Assembly (NCBI RefSeq): GCF_009914755.1
Contig: NC_060930.1
Direction: 5' to 3' (one strand)
From: the human T2T-CHM13v2.0 reference genome, Homo sapiens
DNA: 64,000 bases
Positions within the stretch are counted from its first letter, which is position 1; every line of letters begins with the position of its first letter. The notes below the pieces were generated by a model. The model had not been told where the DNA came from. It did not search any database and worked only from the letters and a program-made list of their open reading frames with translations. The position numbers and the translations under genes are program-made. Of this stretch, positions 16,850 to 54,329 are shown in pieces.

Positions 16850-19800
16850 GTGAGTTTCCCTTTGAGTGTATTATAATTTTGTGATAAAAATTTCAAGGAG
16901 AAAAAAAAAACACACAACCTCCTTCCTCTGCCTCTTTCCTTCGGGGAGGGGAAAAGCGAGGGAGGGGGGGCTGGAGATCTGTCTCCAGACTGAAAAGAAA
17001 GGAGCAAATTAAACACCGAGTTGCCAAAACCAGGATATTAGGTTTCAGCCCAGAGAGCTATTGGCTAAGGCTGTGTTTTTTTTTTTTTTTTGGGGGGGGG
17101 TGGGTTTGTGGGTGGGTGATGGTGGTGGTGGGTGGATGTTTAATGGACACGGAGAAAAGGGGAATCGAGTGTTTATGCCTTTCCCAGCGCTGCCGGGGCC
17201 CCGGGAAGACCAAGTTCAGTGTCTCGGGCGGGGGCGCAGGCGGGCAGGGGGCGGCGAGGCCGGGCCGGGGGCGCCTCGGCGGGGTGGGGGCCCGGCGCCT
17301 TTCTTTTTCCTTTTTTTTCTTTTCCGCGGATGCAAATTTCTGGAGCGGGGAGAGGGAGAGCCCGGGAAGGGGGTGGCGTGGCGGTTGGTGGTGGGGAGGG
17401 GAGGGGAGGGAAGCCTTTTAATGACTCATTGATTGAGCCGGTTTAAAATTAGTTGTGTGCGCGAGTGTGAGTGTGTTTTCCGCCCCCCGGAGCCGCCGGG
17501 AGCCGGGAAGGAGGGAGCAGGGCTCGGCGAGGGGAAGACGGCGCGGCGGGGCCGCGAGCAGGGGGCAGGGAGGGCCTGGAGTGACGGCGGGCGAGGAAGA
17601 AAAATAAGCTTTTCCAATCTCCTCCCCTCTGTTTTCCCCCCCTCGTTTCTTTTCTCTCTCGGAAGCTCTAGGGTGTGAATCACATTTTCTTTCTTCTCGG
17701 CAAAATGGACCCCGCGTCTGGGGAGGGGGAGGGGAGAGGGTGGGGAGGGAGGCGGCGGCGACGGGGTTTATTTTTCATCCTGGCTTCCCCATTCCCGCCG
17801 CATCTGCGGGCGGCCGCGGCGAGGAGAGCAGGTCCGGGGTGCGGCGGGGAGAGCTCGGGGCAGGCGAGTCGCCCCGGCCCCGTTCCCGCTCCCGCTCCGA
17901 GCCCGCGGCGGCGGCGCGCACCTGCCGCGGGACTGCCCCTTCCCAGCCGCCTCGCTGCCTTTTCGAAGCACCGCCGAGGATCCGCGGCCGCGTCCGGCCG
18001 AGCCCCCAGCCGCGCGGAGGACCGGCGGCCCAGCCGGGCGTCTCCTGCGAGGCCCGCGCTGTTCGCCGCGCCGGCCAGAAGAGATGTGCGGCTGGGACGG
18101 CGCATTTTTGGCCGAGTGCGCGCGGGCGTTATGCTGTTCGCGCCCCCCCGAGTCGCCCCAAATGCGGGATATTGGGTGGGGGGGTGCGGTTGGAAGGCGC
18201 TAAGATGGCGCTGGGCCTGGCCTGTCGCCAGGGCTGGTGGCGCAGTTGCTCGGCGGGCGCCATCTTTCTCGCGGCGCGGGCGGCGCCCTCCGAGGACATC
18301 TCGATGACCAGGGCGCCGCGAGGCCCGGGGCTAGCGGGAGCCGAGAGCAGGGTGCTGAATTCTGGAGATGGGACTGGGGTCGCTCGGCCTTCTCCTTCCC
18401 CACGCCCCCAGACCCAAAAGACGAGGCCGCCGGCTCGGAGCGGGAAGGGCTGGGGCCAGCTTCTTCCTCCTAACCACTTGTTTGTGATGGAAGAAGGGGG
18501 CTGGGGGTCGAGCCTCGCGGCTGATGGGTTCCCTCCCTGACCCCGCACCCCCACTCCTCCCAGTCGAAATTGGAGGTGAGGCGCTCCTGCCATTTTCTCT
18601 CCTGCGGTCTGAGAGTGGACGTCTTTGTCTTCTCTGGCCCGGCGTGGGGGCAGGGCATTGAGCCTTTTCCTTAATTCTTCAGTTATTGAAAGTAGAGTCC
18701 AACCAGGTTACAAAACTAAAAAAAAGAGTCCAGGACATTGTCTGTCTGCCTTCCGGTAGCATGGTTCTCTGTGGGTACCCTACGCTTTGTTTCTTAGTTT
18801 TACTCTAAAACAACCCTGAGGAGACATTTACTAGTTGTCAGATTACGGGAAGGTGATGGGTTCCAGTTTTTTGAAACTTTTTTTGTTGGCTTTCATATTA
18901 CTTCAAATGGCAGTGAATTAAAACAGTTTCTTAGAACTCTAATCTGAAAAGTTAAATACGCTTTAAAACAGTCTGAAACTCTTCTAAAAAGCAAAACTGC
19001 ATTATTAAAAGCATCCATGTAAGTATCTGTTGGTAGTATCTATTAGAGATGGGGGAGGGGTTTAACTTTTACATTATTATTGAAAAGAGGAGGGGAAAGG
19101 TCTATAAAGCTCTGATCTCTCTAGAAGTCCACATACATGGAAAGTAAATAGTTAATTTCTAGTGTAGAAAAATAACACCGTGGTGCCAGTAGGTGTGTCC
19201 TTGTGTTTATAAATATACATAGTGGATGTTTTAGACCATTTAATGAGACCTATTATATATTGAATACCTGCTGTATGCCAGGAACTGTGCCTGATGCTTT
19301 GTATAATTTCTATTATATCAGCCCAGAAATAGTGATTTTATGATCTGTCTACCGGGGAATGAACTAACGTTCATAGAAGTATAGTAATTGTTCGAGGTCT
19401 TGCAGTTTTAAGTAGTAAAGTTGCCATTGGATCACAAAAGCTGTATTCTTCCCCCTACACCTATGGTTTCCAAATGTGAGCATCAGAATTAATTTGGGAG
19501 ATGTTTTTAAATAGAGATTTGTAACATCACCTCTTCCACCATCATTTGCTAGGGCCAACTGGGTCTTTTAATAATGTGTCAGGCACTCCAACTTCTTGAT
19601 GTTCAATATTGACATTCTGGCCCACCCTGCACCTGCTATATCCAAAGATCTAGTATTCCAAAGCTCTCCAGGTGATTCCAGTGACACAGACACACGTTTG
19701 GACTGTCTTGTACTATGCTATGCACTGTTCTGCTCTTTTTTGAATTGGAACATGAGAATTGAGGTCCATGTAATTTTGAGTTTCAGTAGTTTTTTGCTCA

Positions 19801-20025
19801 CATTAGTCTCATTTTTGTTTTTCCTCTTGTAGCTGCCATTTATCAAATCGAAATTATTTCCTCAGAGAAAAAGGTTTAGGTATCCTAAGACTTTAAAATC
19901 TCAGTACGTTTTTTTTTAAAGTATGTTGTCTCATTCTATTGAGAAGTTATACAACATACAGGCTTCTAGGTCTAGCCAGGCCATCTAGTTTAGTCAAGAC
20001 AGCTGTGTAACAAACGTAGCCTTGA

Positions 20026-20802
<777 letters not shown>

Positions 20803-21309
20803 AAGAAGCATCTAGAGCAGGTGATGAATAGATGACCTTACTAAAATGAGAAAGAACCAAGTCAGTGATGAAATCATTAATTTCTCTGGATTAAGGATCA
20901 TGGATTTTATTTTGTGCTTTCTCTTGTTGATTCTTCTCAAATCGTTGTGTTTAGTAATTGCTAGGGAGAGTAGTTTAAAACTTAGATTTTTGATGCAGAT
21001 GTCAGAATTATACCATCTTTGCATATGTCCACATTGGAAAATTTTTGTAAGGAGCATTTGTTGGATACCTCTGTGCAGTCTGTGTCCAGTCTAGACCACT
21101 AGGTGGGTGGAGTGACTTCCAGTTTTTGAAGGGAAGTCACTTCTGGTTTTTCTCCCCTTGTTTTTTATGGTAAATGCCAAAGTAATTATAATCTTTGACT
21201 AGACTAAAATCCAATAAAGCTTGAAAGGAGGGGGAAATCTAAAATAAACCTGCTTAGAGGGAAACAGTAGCTTCTTTAACCTTGTTGGAATTTTAAGACC
21301 GGCAAGATC

Positions 21310-23870
<2,561 letters not shown>

Positions 23871-23884
23871 TTACTGGCTTAAAG

Positions 23885-24110
23885 TGAGTTAATGGGCGCA
23901 GAGTTTCAGTTTGGGAAGATGAAAAATTTCTAAAGCTGGATAGGGCTCTTGGTTTCACAGCAATGTGAATGTATGTAATGCCACTCAACCGAACACTTTT
24001 AAATATTTAAAATTCAGTAACTCTATAGAGAAATAAAGGGTTTTCCCAATCCTGGAAAAAAATGGTTAAAATTGTAAATCTTACATATATTTTACCATAG
24101 TAAAAAATGA
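23885..24110 (+). mobile_element. Old L1M (L1MB/MC-type) 3' end fragment
   Basis: AGAGTTTCAGTTTGGGAAGATGAAAAA...AATGTGAATGTA...AAAATGGTTAAAAT...TTTTACCA. Confidence 0.7.
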
Positions 24111-24115
24111 ATTAG

Positions 24116-25228
<1,113 letters not shown>

Positions 25229-26536
25229 AGAAAATCATTTTTTATTTAAATAATGTCAAATGGAAGTATGTAGCACCCCCCCCCACCTTCTTTTCCCCTT
25301 TCTTTCCTCTTTGAGTCTGCTGTCATTCCCTTTTTCATGAGTTTTCTCTGCTCCCCAAATAGGCTAAACAATAACCGTAAAGTGAGATTAGAGAAAATAA
25401 GAATGGAGTAGATGATGGAATTCAAAATAGCTGTCTACATTCTTCACTGAGAAAGATAGCTTTGAGTTAAAGGTGAGAGGAGCAAATCTGGGGAAAAACG
25501 GGTGAAACGGCATGATTTAAGTAGCATACCAGATGCGTTTCTGCATGGCATGGCTCTTGCTTGATGAATAATGTTCTGTATAGTAGAAGAGGAAAATACA
25601 GTGAGTGAAGGAGCTGGCAGAAGGTGGGCTGGGGGAGTTGGGGAAGAGTGAAATGAGTATGGAGAGGTGAGAGAGCTGACTGCAAAGGCATGTGGGGTGT
25701 GGATTTTAAAAGGAAAGCCCTGAGGTGGAAATCACTAACATGGTGCCTGGCTACAAGCAGAGGGAGCTCAGGACTTGACTGTGCTGGGGGTGGCCTGCCC
25801 TTTTGTAGTGCAGTTGAGGAGAGCTCAGGGGCTGTCAGAATGCTGTGTGGGAAGGTGGAGGACGAAAGAGGACCTGGGAGCAGCAACTTTGTTCTGGTTT
25901 GTTGTTTTCTCTTCCCTACCTCGTATGTACTCCCACTCAGGAAAAGATCCTGAGACCTCTCTGTACCAGATCCTCTTATACCCAGGTTCTCCTTAATCCC
26001 AATCAACTTTAATCTATAAAGTTACGATTTGTTTACTTATAAATTTATTTTTAATAAAGTTGTGAAACCGAACATGTTCTGTTTTTGTGGGTTATTTGGC
26101 TCTCTTATCTTGCAAACACATTAAACACTTAACATTACTTAAAATTAAAGCCCTGAGTCTGAGAATGTGAGAGAATAAGATATGAAAGATATTGCCTTTC
26201 TAGAAATGGTTTATTTCAGTTGAACCCAAATCCAGGACACTTTTTTTCATTAGGAGTTGAACTTTGTGTCCTGGCCTGAAATGGAAACATTTTCACAGGG
26301 AAGAAAATGAGGGGGAAAAGAAATAATATTTGTTAAACCTTCACCTTGTTTGAGACCCTGATGGGTTCTAATGGGTTTGGTTTTTGTTTTTGTTTTTTGA
26401 GATGAGAACTCACTATGTTGCACAGGCGTGTCTCAAACTCCTGGGCTCAAGCGGTCTTCTCACCTCGGCCTCCCAAAGTGCTAGGACTATAGGTGTGAAC
26501 CACTGCACCTGGCCTCTGATGGGTTTTTAGTAAATA

Positions 26537-27030
26537 CAGTCATGTGTCATTTAATCACAGGGATAGGTTCTGATGAATGCATCGTTAGGTGATTTCATTG
26601 TGTACAAACACCATAGAGTGCTCTTACGCAAACCAATATGGTATAACCTACCACACACCTAGGCTATATGATATAGCCTATTGCTCCTGTATTGTAAACC
26701 TGTACAGCATGTGACTGTACCTGGATACTGTAGGTAACTGTAACTGTATTTGTGTATCAACATATCTAAACATGGTACAGTAAAAATATGATACAAAAGA
26801 AAAAAATGGTGCACCTGTATAGGGCAGTTACCATGAATGAAGCTTGGAGGACTGGAAGTTGGTCTGGGTGAGTCAGTGAGTGGTGAAAGAATGTGAAGGC
26901 CTAGGACACTGTGCACTACTGTGAACTTAATAAACACCATACACTTAGGCTACATTAAGCTTATAAAATATTTTTCCTTCCTCAATAATAAGCTTAGCTT
27001 ACTGTAACTTTTTTTCTTATGAACATTTTT
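26537..27030 (+). mobile_element. Tigger3 (GOLEM/MER7-type) DNA transposon fragment
   Basis: TA|CAGTCATGTGTC...GTTCTGATGAATGCATCGTTAGG...CCTAGGCTATATGATATAGCCTATTGCTCC. Confidence 0.8.
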
Positions 27031-27039
27031 GGTTTTTTT

Positions 27040-30197
<3,158 letters not shown>

Positions 30198-30784
30198 ATG
30201 TGACATAAAACCTATTTCACATTGTTTTATTTCTGTCATATATTACCTAAATTCCCAAGATATAATTATTATTTAATAGATGTTCTATGTTTCAAATTAC
30301 CTTACTATCAAAAATTACCTTGAGCTTGACTCTCAAGCATATCTTTAGGACATAAGAGGCTGTGAAAGTCACAGAATAAATATTTTCAGAGCATGATGTG
30401 GATTTTGTATAATGTATATGCACCTTTAAAATATGTTCCATTCTTTTAAGATTAACTTTTAAAATTAAATGTTCTAATATTTTTCTTACATCATATTGCT
30501 TTCTAGAATGTTTCTTTTCTAAGCGGAATGTCTTGTTTTGAAAATTATTACCATAACTATCTACTCTGAAATAAAAAGGCACTGCAGTGATATTTCATCA
30601 TCAAATATTTATTAAATGCTAAATTGGTGTAAAGCATTTGGAGGGCACAGGAACACATAATCTAGGCAGTTGGATCATATGTACACACATAAAACTACAC
30701 AACAGTGTATGGTAAGTGCCAAATGATTAGTACAAGCAAGAGCAAAGGAGAGAGAACCTTTGACTGAGGTGGTGTGAGAGCATC

Positions 30785-31495
30785 TATTCATTTATCCATT
30801 CAGCAAATATTATTGAGCACATAATGTGTGCCAGGTGCCATTCTAGGCTCCCAGGATGCTGCAGTGAGCAAAAGACCAAAGCCCTGTTCTCTTGGGAAAG
30901 ACAGACAATAAACCTAAGTAGACTTTGTAGTATGTTATGGGGTAAACATATAGAAAGATAGGAAGACGGGGAGTGCTGGGGTGTGGGAAGATTGTCTGGT
31001 AGGTCATGATTGTCTTTGAGCAGAGTCTTGAATAAGCCTTAAGCCTGAGGATATCTGGAGGAAGGGCATTCCAGGCAGACAGCAGCCAGTGCAAAGGGCC
31101 TAAGATATGAGCATGCATTTTGAGTTCTGGGCGTGGCAAGGTAGCAAGGGCTAGAATCAAAAGGGATCAGAGAGGCTGGGGAGCAGAGCAGTTGTGTAGA
31201 ACATTACGGGTGTTCACAGTCGAGCACATAAAAGAATTTTGGTTTTTACATGGGAGGAAATGAAGGTTCATTGGAGAGTTTTGATTTCTGTTTTAAAAGG
31301 GTCACTTCTGGAATTTGGGTTGAGAATAGATTCTAGACTATAAAAGAGCAAAAGCAGAGACAGCCAGTGGGAGATGATGATGGCTTGGACCAGAGAGATG
31401 GTAGTGGAGGTGGTACATGTTGGATTCTAGATGTTTTTTTGAAGGTATAGCCAGTGGGATTTCCTGACATATGCGATGTGGGTATAGGATAATGA
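30785..31495 (-). mobile_element. L2 3' end relic
   Basis: TTCATTTATCCATTCAGCAAATATTATTGAGCAC...TGTGCCAGG L2 tail signature. Confidence 0.8.
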
Positions 31496-31501
31496 GCTGT
31501 C

Positions 31502-33781
<2,280 letters not shown>

Positions 33782-33813
33782 TTAACAGTGCCTGGAAATT
33801 TTTTACCCAGTAG

Positions 33814-37612
<3,799 letters not shown>

Positions 37613-38458
37613 CCTCATTTCTCAATCATTTCCTGTGTATGGTTTTCCATAGTTATCAAAATGCCCTCACACTCTCTTAGAAAACACAGTAAAGAAGTAT
37701 AAAAACATTTTTGTCAGGGCATCTGGTTTTTAATATATTGTAGAGTTGTCTTTTCTTTAAGGTCTAGTGTTGGTATACTCACTAGACCTTAAACCCATAC
37801 CTGGCTGTGCCAGAAATTCTTCAACTTAGACATTTACTTCCGAGTCTTTTAATGAACCACAACTATTATTAATATAATAAATTACTGTGCTAAATGTTTG
37901 GAGACTTCAACTAATTATTTTATATTTATGTTCAGCACATAAATCCCTTTATAAGGAGGTTTGTTAAATATTAAGTGGATTATCTTGGAAGGACACACAA
38001 TCTTTTATTCTGTGGATCTTTAAAACTTGTATTTCCTTACGCCTGAGAGAAGTGAATTGTCTGATTTGGAGCAGATGTGGGGAATCAGTTGATTCCTCAC
38101 TTTTTTTACACTGGCTTGATAGATGCCTGGCTGGATAATAAGGGTCCAGCATTAGTCAGTGGATCCTGGACCATGGAGGACCAGGCCTGCATCCCAAATC
38201 CTGTGCTGTACCATCGTCAAAAAGTGCTCACATGTAGCCTTGGTGCATATTCTTGGAAAGTAAATTAGTAACTGACATTAACCCTAAAAATGTCCTTTGG
38301 AAACCAGAATCTTAGGAAAGTAATTGCATTGGGTAAACAGTTATTAGGCATGTATGTATCAGGCATTGCACTAAATTCTGCTAACACAGAAATGAAAGGA
38401 AACTCATCCAGTTTTCATGGAACTTGTAAGCCAGTGGGGAAGTCAGAAAAACCAAGTA

Positions 38459-39153
<695 letters not shown>

Positions 39154-39608
39154 TAAGATGTCAGATGTCCTCTAGGGATATGAATAAGTGAATAATGAAT
39201 TTTGCTTCGGGATTTAAATAAAACTAAAGAAAGGCAGTGTCATTTTACTCAAGACCTTTAGGATAAGTAGGCATTGTCAGTTGACCGCTTGGAGGTGGGT
39301 GGGAATGTCTTCTAAGTAAAAGGAACATGCAAAGTCAAATAATTGAAAAACTGATAAGTTTTGGGGACATCAAGTGGTCAAGGTGGCAAAGAACTAAGGG
39401 CTTCTTACAGGGACAAGTGGGGTGGGTAGAGACACAAATGAGGCTAGCTAGTGCCTATTGTAATGAGCCAGTATATTCAGTTCTCTGATGCCAAAAAACC
39501 ATACAGTCTAAAAGTTGCCTGCCTTCGGGATGGCAGAATTAAGTGCTGTCTCATCAGCACTCTCATAGCACTTTATGGTGTGTGTATTCATTTATATTTG
39601 GGCTCTGC

Positions 39609-43171
<3,563 letters not shown>

Positions 43172-43785
43172 TAATGAAATGTGGGCCCTATATGTATACC
43201 TATTCTCTTGCTTGCTAAAATAATCATGGATGTCTTGATTTTCACGGATTTCTGTTTCCATTGCCAGATTCACCATTGTTGATGATCATTCCTTTATAAT
43301 AGATGACAAGTCATGGACTTCTGGGAGTTTGGGAGCTGGTTAAGTGAAATGATTTTCAAACTTTTTTCTTGCAGTTGAGTAAGAATTGAGCTACTCAGCT
43401 GAAGGGTGTGTGTGGGGGAGAGATGGGAGTGTGAAGAGTGCCTCCACCACCAGCTGTTTTAGGCCTCCAAGACAGCTCCTGGATACCTTAAAGAATACTG
43501 GGTCCCAAAGTTAAACACTCACCGATGTGGTCTGTTAAGTTCATTAAGAAATGGGAAACAGGACCCAGAGGTTGGAGCTTCTTTGTCGTCACATGATTAG
43601 TCAATGTCAGTATCCAAAACAAGCCCTGTGACTTCCAAATTCAGTGTCCTTGCCCTGTGTCTCCAGCCTCTGTAAAGCCTTGCCAGAAATTCTCCCCAGC
43701 CCCCTTCATGGTTGGTCACTCTTTCCCCCATGTTATAGCACATTTTTTTGCCAGCTGGATTGCTTAGTATGTTAGGCTTATTTCT

Positions 43786-44021
43786 TTTTTTGTTGTTTTT
43801 TTAATACTTTAAGTTCTGGCCTCCCCTAGCCCCCGGCACCCCCCCCAACAGGCCCCGGTGTGTGATGTTCCCCTCCCTGTTCTCATTGTTCAACTACCAC
43901 TTATAAGTGAGAACATGCAGTATTTGGTTTTCTGTTCCTGTGTTAGTTTGCCGAGAATGATGGTTTCCAGCTTCATCCATGTCCCTGCAAAGGATATGAA
44001 CTCATTCTTTTTTATGGCTGC
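43786..44021 (-). mobile_element. 5'-truncated L1PA insertion with internal deletions
   Basis: L1PA 3'UTR/ORF2 end sequence; perfect 16-bp TSD TGTTAGGCTTATTTCT (43770-43785, 44022-44037). Confidence 0.9.
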
Positions 44022-44164
44022 TGTTAGGCTTATTTCTGCCCCACCTCATTCCTACCTCAAGTAGGAATTAAAGCAGTTTAAAGACCTTCAAATTCTTCAT
44101 TTCATGAGATGAACGAGGGTCGTTTATTGCCTATGTTAATTGTCGTCTTTTCCAACTATGAGAA

Positions 44165-44820
44165 TTTTTTTTTTTTTTTTTTTTTTTGAGACAGAGTTTC
44201 GCTCTTGTTGCCCGGACTAGAGTGCAGTGGCACAATCTTGGCTCACGGCAACCTCTGCCTCCCAGGTTCAAGCGATTCAGATTCAAGCCTCCTCACCTCC
44301 CAGATTCAAGCAATTCTCCTGCCTCAGCCTCCCAAGTAGCTGGGACCACAGGCCCAAGCCACCATGCCCAGCTAATTTTTTGTATTTTTTGTAGAGATGG
44401 GGTTTTGCCATGTTGCCCAGGCTGGTCTCCAACTCCCGAGCTCAACCGATCCACCTGCCTCATCCTCCCAAAGTGCTGGAATTATAAGCCACCGTGCCCA
44501 GCTGGGAATTTTTATTTATTTATTTTTCTTTATTTTTTGAGACGGAATCTCCCTCTGTCACCCAGGCTGGAGTGCAGTGGCATGATCCTACCTCACTGCA
44601 ACCTCTGCCTCCCAGGTTCAACCAATTCTCCTGCCTTAGCCTCCTGAGTAGCTGAGATTATAGGCGTGTGCCACCACACCTGGTTGAGTTCTGTATTTTT
44701 AGTAGAGACGGGGTTTCACCATGTTGGCCAGACTTGTCTCGAACTCCTGACCTTAGGTGATCCACCCACCTCAGCCTCCCAAAGTGGTGGGATTACAGGC
44801 GTGAGCCACTATGCCCGGCC
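44165..44820 (-). mobile_element. Two tandem antisense Alus
   Basis: Alu consensus. Confidence 0.9.
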
Positions 44821-45039
44821 AAATTTTTAAATTTCTAAGTCTTTCTTGTAATAATTTGCCTTACTCTTTTCCACCCACTCCTCCTTGCTTTTAGGAGGCC
44901 CTAGCTGATGACAAAATAAATGAAGAAATCCTTGGTTGAATAATAACTAAAAAACTTAAAGCCAATCATGCTGAGTTTGACAGCTTCTTTTCTCCCCAAA
45001 TGGATATAATTGTGAAAATATTGTCATGTTTTCTTCTAG

Positions 45040-45135
45040 CAAAACGTCATATTATTTCACAAAAAGCCCAGCGATTTCACCTGAAGAAGCTTGGGAACTC
45101 CTGCCAAAAATTGTAGCACTTCTCACATTGCAATG
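45040..45135 (+). other. BICRAL: BICRAL non-coding 5'UTR exon (96 nt)
   Basis: Acceptor TTTTCTTCTAG|CAAAAC and donor ATG|GTAATG, in unique non-repeat sequence between the CpG-island exon and the first coding exon. Confidence 0.75.
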
Positions 45136-45809
45136 GTAATGAATTGTTGCATGTCTGTCTTCCAAAAGAAAGTGAGTTCCTTCAAAACGGGAACCATGCC
45201 AGAAGGTGAAGTCTTGCAATTTCAAAATGTAACAGCACAGAACAATTACAATATAGTAAAAAGAATAAGATGAGAATACTTTACATCCTTATCGACATGA
45301 ATCGTTATTTGCCCTGCATAAGTGGCTATTCATGGCATAACTTTTTGATGATGACACCCATTGGAAAACTGTTTGCTCAAACACAATAGTTCACTTTTCA
45401 GCCTTGCTTCTTCTGTTCTACAAAATGTGAAGGATTTTTAAATTTGTTATTACATTTATGTCATACTATTTTATATTCCCACCCCCTAGCATAGTACCTG
45501 GCACTAGTGTTTGTTAAATGAATAATGAATATTCTTTATGCCCATTGAATAGCTTTATTAGAGACAGGAATTAAAGAAGGAGCCTTTCTAATTTCCTAAG
45601 CTGTTTTTCAAGGGTAGAAAACAAAAGGAGGCACAGGAGAAAACTGTATAAACAATTTAAATATCTGTCCTCCTTCCTTCTCCCTTTCTCCTATTCTCCC
45701 TCTTTCTGAATACTCTGATCCTATAATCTCTGCCGATGAACTCATATAACCCCTTCAAGAGATTTGGTTCAAGACCTTATAAATGACTATGGGGCCAAAA
45801 TCGAGTAAC

Positions 45810-48720
<2,911 letters not shown>

Positions 48721-48957
48721 AATAAAGTGACTGCAGTTCATTTTACCTTCAATAGGTCCGGGGGTAAAAATGTGATTTTGAAGACTGCAACTATTCCGTA
48801 GTTCATGTCTGCTTAAAGTCTCTCAATAATTTGCTAACCTCAGCACCTTTTAGAGGTAAATTTGTTTGTAAATTATTAGGAAGTTATGACTCATGTTATA
48901 GCAACTTACTACAAGTAAAGCAAATGTCAGTAGTTTTTGGTAAGGTATCTCGTATTG

Positions 48958-53560
<4,603 letters not shown>

Positions 53561-53890
53561 ACACTGTGTCCTCTTGATTAAAAGCTATTATTTAAGATGT
53601 TTGTTGGTGCAATTCAGAACAGTTTTAAATATTAGCTTTAATTTTTTAAGAGAGGTAGTCAGGTGTTCAGGACAGTGATTTCTGAACTCTTGGGGTGCCT
53701 ACAGCCCCCTTCCCTCCACGACAAATCCCACTGTCTAGTGCTATTTACAGAGGGGAAGACGTCTTGCTCATGTCTGTTGGGCCAAGAAATAGTTTCCAAT
53801 CACTCATCCAGGGATTTCCCCTTAGCCTCATAAAATCCACCTGGGGTCAGCCACCCATCTAGGGATTCCAGGGTTGTTACTTGAATGTGA

Positions 53891-54329
<439 letters not shown>

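Larger units (their letters stand above)
16580..18650. promoter_or_regulatory. CpG island / BICRAL promoter and first-intron regulatory region
   Basis: About 2 kb of very high GC and CpG density with GC boxes, YY1-type AAGATGGCG motifs, (GCC)7 and the exon-1 donor. Confidence 0.92.

Noticed and set aside
16258-18658. Long ORFs on both strands in the CpG island (252, 210, 266, 154 aa)
   Set aside because: Stop-codon scarcity in GC-rich DNA; R/G/A/P low complexity, mutually overlapping frames, no recognisable domain.
25467-26006. 179-aa minus-strand ORF in non-Alu DNA
   Set aside because: Non-ATG start, L/S/P-biased composition from a purine-rich opposite strand, no splice or homology support.
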